Shown here: in pieces, positions 39,049 through 48,268 of the stretch
Numbering within the stretch: the stretch's first letter is position 1
Layout: every line of letters begins with the position of its first letter
Assembly: GCA_965216635.1 (NCBI GenBank)
Contig: OZ244188.1
Coordinates: 576,001-640,000 of the forward strand
DNA length: 64,000 bases
Direction: 5' to 3'
Source of the DNA: a bacterium
Lineage (GTDB): Bacteria > SAR324 > XYD2-FULL-50-16 > G965216635
Made by a program: the position numbers and the translations under genes
The notes under the pieces: generated by a model
The model's database searches: none
What the model was told of the DNA's origin: nothing
Seen by the model: the letters and a program-made list of their open reading frames with translations, nothing else

Positions 39049-39101
39049 TATTCTTTATAGCTTAGGTTTCTGCTGGAATTCTCCCATTGTAGGAATGCTT
39101 T

Positions 39102-39893
39102 TTAAGCAAAGCTTTTTATACTAATTTCTCCAGAAAAAAGACTCATCTTTTCGCCTTCTTCTGTTCTTACCAAAAGATTACCATTGGTATAGTCAATTCC
39201 TTCTATTTTTGCAGTAATTTTTTTGGGAGAAGATTTTTCTTGATGGCTAGATTGTAAATATTGAATTGTTTTTGCGCTAGTAGCCATGCTCTCCCATTCT
39301 TGTAAAATTTGTTTTTTTTCTCCATTTTCTAGCCGTCCCAAAACCTTATCTAACTCTAAGGTGCATTCTTCTAGTAGTTGAAATGTATCGTAATTTTTAT
39401 CGGTTTCTATTTTTAAAGAGCTTGCTTTTTTATAAATTTGTGGAGAAAAATCTGTGCTTTTTTGTAAAATATTGATTCCAGAACCGATAACCACAATTTT
39501 CTCATGAGGTTTTGATTCACAAAGTATACCCCCAATTTTTTTATTTCCTATCAGTAAATCGTTGGGCCATTTAAGACAAATTTTACTGGAACTGATTTTT
39601 CTTAAGCATTTACAAAGAGCACAACCTACAGCTAAACTCAAAATAGAAAAAATATTAGGTTGATAATGATAGACTACAGAAAAGATCAAACTTTGTTTAG
39701 CTTTGCCTTCCCAACTTCTACCTAATCTCCCTTTACCTCCTTTCTGGTAATCGCTGCTAATTATAGTTCCGCAAGGGTTTGTTTTTTCTAATAACCAGCG
39801 ATTTGTAGAGTCTATTGTTGGAAAGTGTAGTGTTTGATTGGCAAGAGTTTTTCTGTGAAAGCGGAGTTTTTTTTCTTGGTAAAGAAAAGGCAT
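39102..39893 (-). CDS. birA: Biotin--[acetyl-CoA-carboxylase] ligase
   Basis: DSTN, Q.GGKGRLGRSW, KWPND, KIGGILCE. Confidence 0.93.
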   Translation of the reverse strand: MPFLYQEKKLRFHRKTLANQTLHFPTIDSTNRWLLEKTNPCGTIISSDYQKGGKGRLGRSWEGKAKQSLIFSVVYHYQPNIFSILSLAVGCALCKCLRKISSSKICLKWPNDLLIGNKKIGGILCESKPHEKIVVIGSGINILQKSTDFSPQIYKKASSLKIETDKNYDTFQLLEECTLELDKVLGRLENGEKKQILQEWESMATSAKTIQYLQSSHQEKSSPKKITAKIEGIDYTNGNLLVRTEEGEKMSLFSGEISIKSFA

Positions 39894-40105
39894 TTTTTTA
39901 GAATTTATACTAAATAGTACGATTGTTTTTTTTATAAATTCCTGAGATTTCTAAATTCACCAAACTTGCGATTAAGTTTCAAAATTTTTTAATACGATTT
40001 TTAATCTATTCGTACTGAATTGGTTGTTTTCTTTGATTGCTTGTTCCAAACAATTTTCTAATAGCCCTTCAACAAGAAAATTAGGCACAGCAATCCAATA
40101 GGTTT

Positions 40106-40354
40106 TTACTTCTCCCCTACGTATACATCATCAGAGATTTTTGGTAGAATTTTCAATGTTATACCATATGTTTTTTTTTTATTTCCTAAAGTCCCTCTTA
40201 TTAATTCAAAATGGGAATATTCCTTACTTAAAAAAAGGGTTTCTATTTCTGACCATCTTTCTCTCTTTTCCATTTTTTCTCGCATTAAAGAAAAAATTTT
40301 TCTAACGCCAAATTTTTTTATTTCCATTTTTAGATTTCTTAAAAAGAAAATCAA
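40106..40354 (-). CDS. Hypothetical protein (possibly frameshifted)
   Basis: Start overlaps the rplT stop; no recognisable motif. Confidence 0.35.
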   Translation of the reverse strand: MIFFLRNLKMEIKKFGVRKIFSLMREKMEKRERWSEIETLFLSKEYSHFELIRGTLGNKKKTYGITLKILPKISDDVYVGEK

Positions 40355-40707
40355 GCAACCAGAGCAGTTTTTGCTTTTTCTGCAATTTTCACAAAAGTTT
40401 CAAAATCATTGTAAGCAATTTCTGCTAATTCCTTTCTATCTATCTGAAGATTGGATTTTTGTAGACCATACATAAGTCGCGAGTAATTCAAATCACACTG
40501 TCTAGCAGCTGCGTTGATTCGCAAAATCCAAAGTTTTCTAAAATCTCGTTTGCGGTTCTTTCTATCTCTGTAAGCGTAGCATCTTGCTCTATCTACAGCT
40601 TCTATTACTGTTCTCAACAACTTTCTTCTTCCTCCACGGAATCCTTTAGCTGCTTTGAAATAGGCTCTTTTCTTTTTTTTTGCGTTGACCGCTCTTTTGA
40701 TTCTCAT
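40351..40707 (-). CDS. rplT: 50S ribosomal protein L20
   Basis: AKGFRG, YAYRDRK.RKRDFRKLWI.RINAA. Confidence 0.97.
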   Translation of the reverse strand: MRIKRAVNAKKKKRAYFKAAKGFRGGRRKLLRTVIEAVDRARCYAYRDRKNRKRDFRKLWILRINAAARQCDLNYSRLMYGLQKSNLQIDRKELAEIAYNDFETFVKIAEKAKTALVA

Positions 40708-40727
40708 AATTAGTTCAAAGTTTTATT

Positions 40728-40928
40728 TTATTTGTAAGGTAACATTCTATTCACACCTCTCACATCAGCAGGAGCCACAAGCCCAGATTTTCTGAGCCTT
40801 CTTTTTAAAGAAGAGCTTTTTTTTGTTAAAATATGTCTTAAAAAAGCTTTTTTTCTTTTAATTTTTCCAGTTGCTGTGAATTGAAATCTTTTAGCAGCTG
40901 CTCTTTTTGTTTTTATTTTTAACTTCAT
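40728..40928 (-). CDS. rpmI: 50S ribosomal protein L35
   Basis: [24 protein letters not shown]. Confidence 0.96.
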   Translation of the reverse strand: MKLKIKTKRAAAKRFQFTATGKIKRKKAFLRHILTKKSSSLKRRLRKSGLVAPADVRGVNRMLPYK

Positions 40929-40938
40929 TTTAATGAGT

Positions 40939-41466
40939 TTATTTTTGTTTTGATATGGGATTCAATATAACAGAATTGACTCTTCCTTTTATCTTAATTT
41001 TTTCTTGCGGTTCTCCCAATTCTATTAAATCCCCTAGTAACCTCTTAAAGACTTTAATACCAATATCTTTAAATTGCAACTCTCTACCGCGGAAAATTAA
41101 ACTGATTTTTAATTTATAGTTATTTTTTAAAAATTCTTCTGCGTGTCTTTTCTTAAACTGATAGTCGTGTTCCTCAATTTTAGGTCTTATTTTAATCTCC
41201 TTAATGGCATCGCTTTTAGGAGCTTTTTTTTGTTTCTTTTTCTTTTTTTCAAATTCAAGTTTGCCGAAATCCATAATACGGCAAACAGGAGGCTTGCTGT
41301 CTTTACTGATTTCTACTAAATCCAAGCCCGATTCTTTTGCCTTAGCTAAACCTATAGCAAAGCTTACAATACCTGTCTGTGTGCCATCTGGTTCTATCAA
41401 ACGGATAAGTTTTGCTTTGATGTTTTCGTTAATCCTTTTTTTTCTAGTATTTTCTTTTTTAATCAC
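40939..41466 (-). CDS. infC: Translation initiation factor IF-3 (GTG 41466, or the adjacent ATT, as start)
   Basis: [41 protein letters not shown]. Confidence 0.96.
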   Translation of the reverse strand: MIKKENTRKKRINENIKAKLIRLIEPDGTQTGIVSFAIGLAKAKESGLDLVEISKDSKPPVCRIMDFGKLEFEKKKKKQKKAPKSDAIKEIKIRPKIEEHDYQFKKRHAEEFLKNNYKLKISLIFRGRELQFKDIGIKVFKRLLGDLIELGEPQEKIKIKGRVNSVILNPISKQK

Positions 41467-41490
41467 TTCTTACAAGTTTAGTTTTTATTT

Positions 41491-41562
41491 TGGGTGCGGG
41501 TGGGCTTGAACCACCGACCCCTAGCTTGTCGAGCTAGTGCTCTACCGCTGAGCTACGCACCC
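41491..41562 (-). tRNA. tRNA-Val(GAC)
   Basis: Cloverleaf GGGTGCG...CGCACCC-A; anticodon arm CTAGC-TCGACAA-GCTAG; CCA not encoded. Confidence 0.92.
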
Positions 41563-41580
41563 AAAGCTAAAAATATTTTA

Positions 41581-41720
41581 TAGACTTTTGAATTTGCGTT
41601 CTGTTTAGCCTATGCAGCGTTGAAAAAAATTTTTAACTCTTGAAATACTTCAGTATTCCAGCGAGCTAAAAATTTTTTTCGCCTTGCCTAGCCGTCACAT
41701 AACGCAAATTTAAAGGTCTA
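41581..41720 (+). repeat. Canonical 140-bp palindromic element (A1)
   Basis: TAGACTTTTGAATTTGCGTT...AACGCAAATTTAAAGGTCTA; near-identical to 50839-50978. Confidence 0.92.
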
Positions 41721-41725
41721 TTTTA

Positions 41726-42028
41726 TAAACTTTTGAATTTGCCAAATAGGACAAAACTAACTGTTTAGCCAAAACAAGCTTATTGCTTAAAACTTCAGAC
41801 AGGCTATTTGTGAAACAGCCACTGGCTGTTTCACATTTCACTCTTGCTGAACGTTAAGTTTTGTAGTGTTTAGCACTACGCCATTGGAAAAAAATTTTTA
41901 ACTCTTGCCATTTGTGAAGAAATGCTCTTCAGTATTCCAGCGAGCTAAAAATTTTTTTCGCGCCTGTGCTAACCATTTGGCTAGCCGTTACAGCTAGTTT
42001 TGTCCTATTTGGCAAATTCAAAGGTCTA
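41726..42028 (+). repeat. Expanded palindromic element with nested hairpin module
   Basis: Both arms are symmetrically extended; module with TGTGAAACAGCC-ACT-GGCTGTTTCACA at ~41778-41880. Confidence 0.88.
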
Positions 42029-42033
42029 TTTTA

Positions 42034-42106
42034 TGGAGGATAGCGGATTTGAACCGCTGACCCCCTGCTTGCAAAGCAGATGCTCTACCAACTGAGCTAA
42101 TCCCCC
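42034..42106 (-). tRNA. tRNA-Ala(TGC)
   Basis: GGGGGATTAGCTCAG...CTGC-TTTGCAA-GCAG...TTCAAATCC; G3:U70 pair. Confidence 0.95.
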
Positions 42107-42168
42107 AATAGATAAAAATCAGCAAAATTTATTGCATCAAATTCTGTGCAAAAAATTTATTTTTTGTA

Positions 42169-42242
42169 TGGGCCTGGGTGGGCTCGAACCACCGACCCCA
42201 TCCTTATCAGAGATGTACTCTAACCAACTGAGCTACAGGCCC
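42169..42242 (-). tRNA. tRNA-Ile(GAT)
   Basis: GGGCCTGTAGCTCAG...CATCT-CTGATAA-GGATG...CAGGCCC-A. Confidence 0.95.
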
Positions 42243-42309
42243 CCTACATTAGGGTAATATGACTAAAATGAGTTATTTTTGTCAATATAAATAAAAAATA
42301 AAAGGTTAT

Positions 42310-42445
42310 GAGATCTTTGAATTTCGCTGATGCTTACCCCACTATTGGGGCAAAGCAATCGTTAATTTTTTTTTTCGCTCCTGCTCTAACCATTTGGCTA
42401 GCCGTCACAGCTAGTTTTGTCCTATTTGGCAAATTCAAAGGTTTC
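42310..42445 (+). repeat. Degenerate palindromic element with a small CCCCACTATTGGGG hairpin insert
   Basis: Right arm is nearly identical to those of the 4127 and 41726 copies. Confidence 0.8.
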
Positions 42446-42499
42446 GTTTTTCTAGACTAATGACTAGTCGTAAATTTTCCAGTAAAAAACCTAAAAAAA

Positions 42500-44605
42500 C
42501 TATTCTTCTTCGGCTAAAAAAGCTTTTCTATCTTCTATAATTTTTTCCTGTAGACTTGCTGGGACAGTAGCGTATTTTTCAAATTCCATAGAATAACCCG
42601 CTTTTCCAGCGGTAGCAGAACGCAAGCTAGTAGCATAACCAAACATTCGGGAAAGAGGAGCACTAACTTCAATAATAGTTAAATCATCTCTGGTTTCTGA
42701 ACTTTTGATTACACCTCTGCGAGAGCTTAAATCTCCAATCACAGCTCCTTGATATTCTGTAGGAGTTTCCACTTCTATATTCATAATAGGTTCCAAAAGT
42801 ACAGCGTCTGCTTTAGCGATAGCCTGTTTCATAGCAGAACGAGAGCAAATACGGAAAGCCATATCACTAGAATCTACATCGTGGTATTTACCATCTACTA
42901 AATTTACTTTAATACCTGCCATAGGAAAAGCAGCTAAAGGTCCTTTTTCCATAATATCATAAAAACCTTTTTCGCATGCACCTATGTATTCAGAAGGAAT
43001 ATTGCCACCTTTCACTAGATTTTTAAACTCAAAATCTTTATTATCATCGTCGCTATACTCTAGTGGTTCTATATTACCAACTACTACTGCAAATTGGCCC
43101 GCTCCTCCTGTTTGTTTTTTATGCATATAATTAAAATCTGCTTTTTTATTGATAGTTTCTCTATAATTCACTTGGGGAGCTCCAGCCTCCACTGGAACAT
43201 CAAATTCTCTTTGCATTCTTTCAATATAAATTTCTAGATGTAACTCGCCCATACCTGAAATAATAGTTTCCTTAGATTCTGTATCTGAAGAAACTCTAAA
43301 AGTAGGGTCTTCTTTTATAAATTTAGATAAAGCCTTACTCATCTTATCTATAGCTCCTTTATCCTTACATTTAATTGCTAGAGAAATTACAGCATTAGGC
43401 ACAAAAATATTTTCTAAGAAAAGTGAAGTCATAGTTTCTGCACAAAAAGTATCTCCTGACGCACAGTCAATGCCTACCATTGCTATAATATCGCCAGCAG
43501 AAGCTTGTTCTATATTTTCTTTATGATCTGCGTGCAACCTTACTAACCTACCCACTCGTATTTTTTTTCCTGTGCGGGAATTTTTGATACTTTCTCCTTT
43601 CTTTAGAGTTCCCTGATAAATTCTAGTATAGGTTAGTTGTCCGAATTGTTCTTCTGTAATTTTAAAAGCCATACATACTAGAGGATCTTGAGGAGAGGTA
43701 GAGAGTTGGAGACTTTCTACTTTCTCGCCGACTAATTTTGTCGCCTCCATTTTTTGAGCTTGTAATGGAGAAGGAAGGTATTGGCACACCGCATCTAGTA
43801 AAGATTGGACTCCTTTATTTTTAAAAGCAGAACCCATGAATACTGGAACCAATTCTAGAGCATTTACGCCTTTCCAAACAGCCTTACGAATAGATTCAGC
43901 ACTAATTTCTTTTTCTTCTAATAAATCTTCCATCATAGCATCGTCAAACCGAGAAATAGTATCTAGCATTTCGGCTCTTTTTTCTTCCGCTTTTGCTTGC
44001 AATTTTTGTGGAATATCTTTTATTTCCCAGTCATCTCCTTTATCTCCTTTAAAGTAGTGAGCTTTCATTTCTACTAAATCTACAACTCCTTCTAATCTAT
44101 CTTCTAAACCGATAGGAATTTGGAATGGCACAACGTTGAGTCTCAATTTCTTTTTAATGTCCGCAATTACTTTGTCAGGGTTAGCCCCTACACGATCTAG
44201 TTTATTAATAAAAGCCAACCTAGGCACTTTGTATCGTTTCATTTGCCTATCTACCGTAATAGATTGAGATTGCACCCCAGCTACGCCACACAAAACCATA
44301 ATGCCTCCATCCAAAACTCTTAAACTCCTTTCCACTTCTACTGTAAAATCTACATGACCCGGAGTATCAATAATGTTGATTTTTTTATCCTTCCAATAAA
44401 CCGTAGTGGCTGCAGAAGTAATCGTAATTCCTTTCTCTTTTTCAAGTTCCATGAAATCCATAGTGGCTCCATCTCCACCACCGCGGACTTCTTCTATTTT
44501 ATGTATTTTCCCTGCATAATAAAGAATCCTTTCTGTCAGGGTTGTTTTACCGCTATCTATGTGGGCGGATATTCCAATATTTCTAGTAATTTTCTGTTCT
44601 ATCAT
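42500..44605 (-). CDS. fusA: Elongation factor G (stand-alone; spdEFG1/mtEFG1-like N-terminal signature)
   Basis: [57 protein letters not shown]. Confidence 0.96.
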   Translation of the reverse strand: MIEQKITRNIGISAHIDSGKTTLTERILYYAGKIHKIEEVRGGGDGATMDFMELEKEKGITITSAATTVYWKDKKINIIDTPGHVDFTVEVERSLRVLDGGIMVLCGVAGVQSQSITVDRQMKRYKVPRLAFINKLDRVGANPDKVIADIKKKLRLNVVPFQIPIGLEDRLEGVVDLVEMKAHYFKGDKGDDWEIKDIPQKLQAKAEEKRAEMLDTISRFDDAMMEDLLEEKEISAESIRKAVWKGVNALELVPVFMGSAFKNKGVQSLLDAVCQYLPSPLQAQKMEATKLVGEKVESLQLSTSPQDPLVCMAFKITEEQFGQLTYTRIYQGTLKKGESIKNSRTGKKIRVGRLVRLHADHKENIEQASAGDIIAMVGIDCASGDTFCAETMTSLFLENIFVPNAVISLAIKCKDKGAIDKMSKALSKFIKEDPTFRVSSDTESKETIISGMGELHLEIYIERMQREFDVPVEAGAPQVNYRETINKKADFNYMHKKQTGGAGQFAVVVGNIEPLEYSDDDNKDFEFKNLVKGGNIPSEYIGACEKGFYDIMEKGPLAAFPMAGIKVNLVDGKYHDVDSSDMAFRICSRSAMKQAIAKADAVLLEPIMNIEVETPTEYQGAVIGDLSSRRGVIKSSETRDDLTIIEVSAPLSRMFGYATSLRSATAGKAGYSMEFEKYATVPASLQEKIIEDRKAFLAEEE

Positions 44606-44644
44606 TAGTTTTTAAAGTTTTTAATAAAAGCCAACAAAAATTGT

Positions 44645-44703
44645 TAAGTCAAAATTGGCAAGTCAAAAATTGGTAAGTCAAGAATTGGCAAGTCAAAAAG
44701 AGA
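44645..44703. repeat. Intergenic ~15-bp tandem repeat (AAGTCAAAAATTGGY, about 4 copies)
   Basis: Visible directly upstream of fusA. Confidence 0.8.
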
Positions 44704-44760
44704 GTTCAGAGCAAATCCCAAATTGAACAAGCTTGCAGCCCTGCTATTGATTGGTATAGT

Positions 44761-44833
44761 GAGACCTTTACCAAAATTTAGCCGAAACAAGCTTATTGAA
44801 TAGACTTTTGAATTTGGCAAATTCAAAGGTCTA
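44761..44833. repeat. Partial element arm plus a collapsed element consisting only of its terminal inverted repeats (44801-44833)
   Basis: TAGACTTTTGAATTTG-GCAAATTCAAAGGTCTA. Confidence 0.8.
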
Positions 44834-44859
44834 TTGCAGTTAAATAGTGAGAAAATGAG

Positions 44860-45063
44860 CTATTGAAAGATGTCGCCTTGTTTTCTTTTTCTACTTCTGG
44901 CTCTTTTTTTATCTGATTCCTCTCTTTTTATTTTGGATTTTATGGACGGTTTAGAATAAAACCTGCGTTTACTGAGTTCTTTGAATACTCCTTCACGGAT
45001 GAGTTTTTTCTTTAGCATTCTTAGTGCCCTTTCAACCTGATTTTTTTGTACCTTAACTAACAT
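44860..45063 (-). CDS. rpsU: 30S ribosomal protein S21
   Basis: VERALRMLKKK..REG, RRFYSKPS. Confidence 0.93.
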   Translation of the reverse strand: MLVKVQKNQVERALRMLKKKLIREGVFKELSKRRFYSKPSIKSKIKREESDKKRARSRKRKQGDIFQ

Positions 45064-45241
45064 TGAGTTTAAATTTGCTTAAAATAGAGATTATTCTATA
45101 AAGAAAAAAATTTGTCAACAACAAATTTTTGATGAGATTTTTGAATTGGTATTTTAAAACTACTGTAGTGAAATTCCAAATAATTTCGGCTTCGGTGAAA
45201 ATGAAAAATTGGCTGTGTAATTAAAATTTATGGTCTATTTT

Positions 45242-45275
45242 ATAGATTTTTGAATCAGGCATTTTAGTTCGGCTA
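45242..45275 (+). repeat. Isolated left arm of the palindromic element, overlapping the stop of the adjacent gene
   Basis: TAGATTTTTGAATCAGGCATTTTAGTTCGGCTA. Confidence 0.55.
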
Positions 45276-46133
45276 CTGACTGGTAACGAAGGCATCGGAT
45301 AGTCCTTTTTCCTGCTTAATTTTTGTTAGAGCGTCTAGCAATATCTCTTTTGTGCCAAAGGGACCCGCCACTACTTTAGACAAACCGCTACCTGAAATAG
45401 AGGTAGTCTTACGAAATACAAATCTTATTTGGTCTGCTGCGGTAAGGCTTTCATAATATCTTCTAATATCTTCCGCTATTTGCCTATTAGGAAAAGTTCC
45501 TAAAGAAATTCTAAATTTTCCGTTTTCTGTTGGAACCACACTCGCATAGCCACTACGGTCATTGACTGTATTGATAAAATCTGTTAAATCTTGAGTTTTT
45601 TGTAAGGAAAAAGATTGTCTGCTTATAATTTCATTATAACCCCCTCCAAGTGTGACTTGTGTTTGAAAAACTTGAGGTTCATAACCTAGTTTTTTCAGGT
45701 TTGCACTATATTTTTGGTAACATTTTTTGTATTTACACAGGGCTACTTGTATATAATAATTTTCTCCTTTAGGTAAGGCGTAGTCTAAAACTTTTCCTTG
45801 AGTTGCATTTTTGGAGAAAAAAGGAAAAATCTCATTCCAATTGATTTTTTTTGAAATTTTTGCAGAAGGTAAATCGGAAAGTTGTGGATTTTCTCCTAAT
45901 AGATAGCGAAACCCATAGACAAAAACTACGGCTAAGATGGCAGCCAAAAGTAGCAATCCAAAAAGAATACTAAAAATTTGACTAGATATTCTTCTATCCA
46001 AACTACGATTGATTTTCGTTCTCCGAGATGAAGTTGATAATTCAGATAGAGCTTCCTTCAATTCTCTACGGTTCACTCCAATAACTTCATCATTTCCGCT
46101 AAGAGCATCAAGTAGGTCATTTTTACGAGACAT
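45273..46133 (-). CDS. Single-pass membrane protein with SPOR-like periplasmic domain(s)
   Basis: One TM helix; YYIQVA, RISLGTF, VVAGPF, DAFV. Confidence 0.6.
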   Translation of the reverse strand: MSRKNDLLDALSGNDEVIGVNRRELKEALSELSTSSRRTKINRSLDRRISSQIFSILFGLLLLAAILAVVFVYGFRYLLGENPQLSDLPSAKISKKINWNEIFPFFSKNATQGKVLDYALPKGENYYIQVALCKYKKCYQKYSANLKKLGYEPQVFQTQVTLGGGYNEIISRQSFSLQKTQDLTDFINTVNDRSGYASVVPTENGKFRISLGTFPNRQIAEDIRRYYESLTAADQIRFVFRKTTSISGSGLSKVVAGPFGTKEILLDALTKIKQEKGLSDAFVTSQ

Positions 46134-46153
46134 AATTTTTTAAAGGTCTGTTT

Positions 46154-47008
46154 TTAAGTAAAAATATTCTTATATAATAAATAAATTCCAAAAAGAGTCA
46201 ACTCTTTTTCTACCTTATTGATTTTTGTAGAGTAATTATGCAAAAGTTCTGTATCTCCTCCAGTTGCTATTACTAAAGAATTTAATCCTTGCTCGCCAAT
46301 AGACTCGCCAATAGGCTCGTTACCAGTAGGTTTACCAGTAGGTTTGCCTGTATATTTATTGGCAAGTTCATCAGCAATTTTGTCTATACAAGAGTCAATC
46401 ATACCAATATAACCAAAAAACATACCAGATTGCATACTTTCTGTAGTATTTTTTCCAATTATTTTATCAGGCACTGCAAAATTAATCTTTGGTAGCTTCG
46501 CTGTTTTAGAATTTAAAGCATCATAAGCAAGGTGAATACTCGGCATAATCACTCCTCCTAGGTACTCGCCAGCCGATCCCACTACATCAAAAGTGACAGC
46601 AGTTCCGAAGTCAATCACAATCAAAGATTTTTTGTAGATTTGAAAACCTGCATAAGCATTGACCATACGGTCTACACCCAATTCGTAGCGATTATAAAGA
46701 TTATCTGTAACAGGAATATCGTCTAAACTCAGGTAATGATAGGGTATTTTGCTAATGTTTGTGAACATATAAGAAAAAACCTGCTCTAAAGGAGGCACTA
46801 CACTCGCTAGAAGGCAAAATTTGATTTTTTTTTTATTCAAACCAGCGCGAGCAAAAAAATTTTCCAACAAGCTGGAGTATTCATCTGCAGTTTTATGAAT
46901 ATCCGTTGCTATTCTCCAATTTTGTAGTAGTTTGTCTTTTTTATACCTATTTGTTTCATATAAGCCAATAGCAATGTTGGTGTTGCCTATGTCTATTGCT
47001 AGTAGCAT
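46154..47008 (-). CDS. coaX: Type III pantothenate kinase with a short repeat insertion
   Basis: LAIDIGNT, LGVDR, IDFGTA, YLGG.I.P, IATGG. Confidence 0.95.
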   Translation of the reverse strand: MLLAIDIGNTNIAIGLYETNRYKKDKLLQNWRIATDIHKTADEYSSLLENFFARAGLNKKKIKFCLLASVVPPLEQVFSYMFTNISKIPYHYLSLDDIPVTDNLYNRYELGVDRMVNAYAGFQIYKKSLIVIDFGTAVTFDVVGSAGEYLGGVIMPSIHLAYDALNSKTAKLPKINFAVPDKIIGKNTTESMQSGMFFGYIGMIDSCIDKIADELANKYTGKPTGKPTGNEPIGESIGEQGLNSLVIATGGDTELLHNYSTKINKVEKELTLFGIYLLYKNIFT

Positions 47009-47009
47009 A

Positions 47010-48089
47010 TTATTGTTGAATCAGGGTTTTAGTTTGGTAAAATTCAACCATCTCCATTATAGATGGAAATTTACGAAAAGCATTGTATTTTTTGTTTATT
47101 TCTAAAAGTTCGCTAAAAGTTCTTTGGAAATGATTTTGAAATCCTTTATTTCCACCTATAGTTCCCAGTTTTGTATAGGTAGCTAGGGAACGTAAGCGAC
47201 GCACAAAAACAAACAGAAAAAAATCTTCTAGAATAATTTTTTTTGTAGCAATATTCTGTAACGCCCATTCTATCAGAGAAAATCTAGCCTCGCTATTCAA
47301 TCCCGAGTGGCTTGCAAAAAGCAGACTTGCTAAATCATAAAATATACTACCACAAACGGCGTCTTGGTAGTCAATAAAGTAAGGTTCTTGTTTATAAAAA
47401 ATAATATTTCTCGCTTGAAAATCCCTAGAGACAAAGCCCAATAAATTCAATTTACAGATTTTTTTCAAACTTAGCTCTAGCCGAGCAAGTTCGCTTTGGC
47501 ATTTTTTAGAAAATCTATTTTCTGAATCAAAATGCTTCAAAAAATAGTCTTGGAAATAAGCCAAATCTTTACGGAAACAGTCTGTGAGTAAAAGCTTGAT
47601 ATTTGCTTGTTTTAGGGCTGTTGCTCCCTTATCGTGAAATTCTACAAGAGCCTCTATAATTTTTTGATAGGCTCCAAATATTGATCTTGGCAAGCCAAGA
47701 AATAATTGACAAGCAGAGTTTTGCCTATATTGGTTTTGGATTCGTGTTTGCCGCTCCAAAATCTGTTGTGCAAAATTTTTTTCGCCTAGGTCCTGTTGTA
47801 AAAAAAAAGTGCCACAAGAATCCCAATGGTAAATTTGTGGAACATTCAATTTCTGTGCTTTGAGAAAAGAAGAAAGTTTGATAAACCTTTGATTTTCTTC
47901 TTTATCTTCGGAATCTACCAAAATAAAAGTTTTGTCTTCACAAATCACCCTAAAAATTTTTCTCTGGGAGCCATCTCCCTTAACAACTTTTATGTGGTAA
48001 TTTTTTAATGCTGGTAGAAAAGATTGAGAATCTAAAAAATTTTGTAAAAATTTATGGTATTTTTGCATAATGCCAATAAAGCTACCCAA
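47010..48089 (-). CDS. Aminoglycoside-phosphotransferase-family kinase (AmgK-like MurNAc/GlcNAc kinase)
   Basis: GDGS.RK.FR, QDLG, RDFQARNI, IDYQDA..G..YDLASLL. Confidence 0.8.
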   Translation of the reverse strand: MGSFIGIMQKYHKFLQNFLDSQSFLPALKNYHIKVVKGDGSQRKIFRVICEDKTFILVDSEDKEENQRFIKLSSFLKAQKLNVPQIYHWDSCGTFFLQQDLGEKNFAQQILERQTRIQNQYRQNSACQLFLGLPRSIFGAYQKIIEALVEFHDKGATALKQANIKLLLTDCFRKDLAYFQDYFLKHFDSENRFSKKCQSELARLELSLKKICKLNLLGFVSRDFQARNIIFYKQEPYFIDYQDAVCGSIFYDLASLLFASHSGLNSEARFSLIEWALQNIATKKIILEDFFLFVFVRRLRSLATYTKLGTIGGNKGFQNHFQRTFSELLEINKKYNAFRKFPSIMEMVEFYQTKTLIQQ

Positions 48090-48268
48090 TAGCTACTGGG
48101 GGACATTTTTTTAAAGCTAAATGGTTGCCAAATGGTGTGGATAGAACAAAAACATCCTCTGCAGATTTTTAAAAAAACATCTTTTGCAATTCTGCGAGTT
48201 TTACGTTCTTAAAAGAAACGTCATTAAAAGAAGCTTCCTTAACGAAAGCTCCTTTAACGAAAACGCTC

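Noticed and set aside
39972..40354. Frameshifted gene continuing past 40106 (GEVKTYWIAVPNFLVEG...)
   Set aside because: A second frame stays open for ~47 codons, but there is no recognisable homology, so it cannot be distinguished from chance.
44644..44826. 60-aa ORF upstream of fusA
   Set aside because: Built from a collapsed palindromic element plus a 15-bp tandem repeat; no coding evidence.
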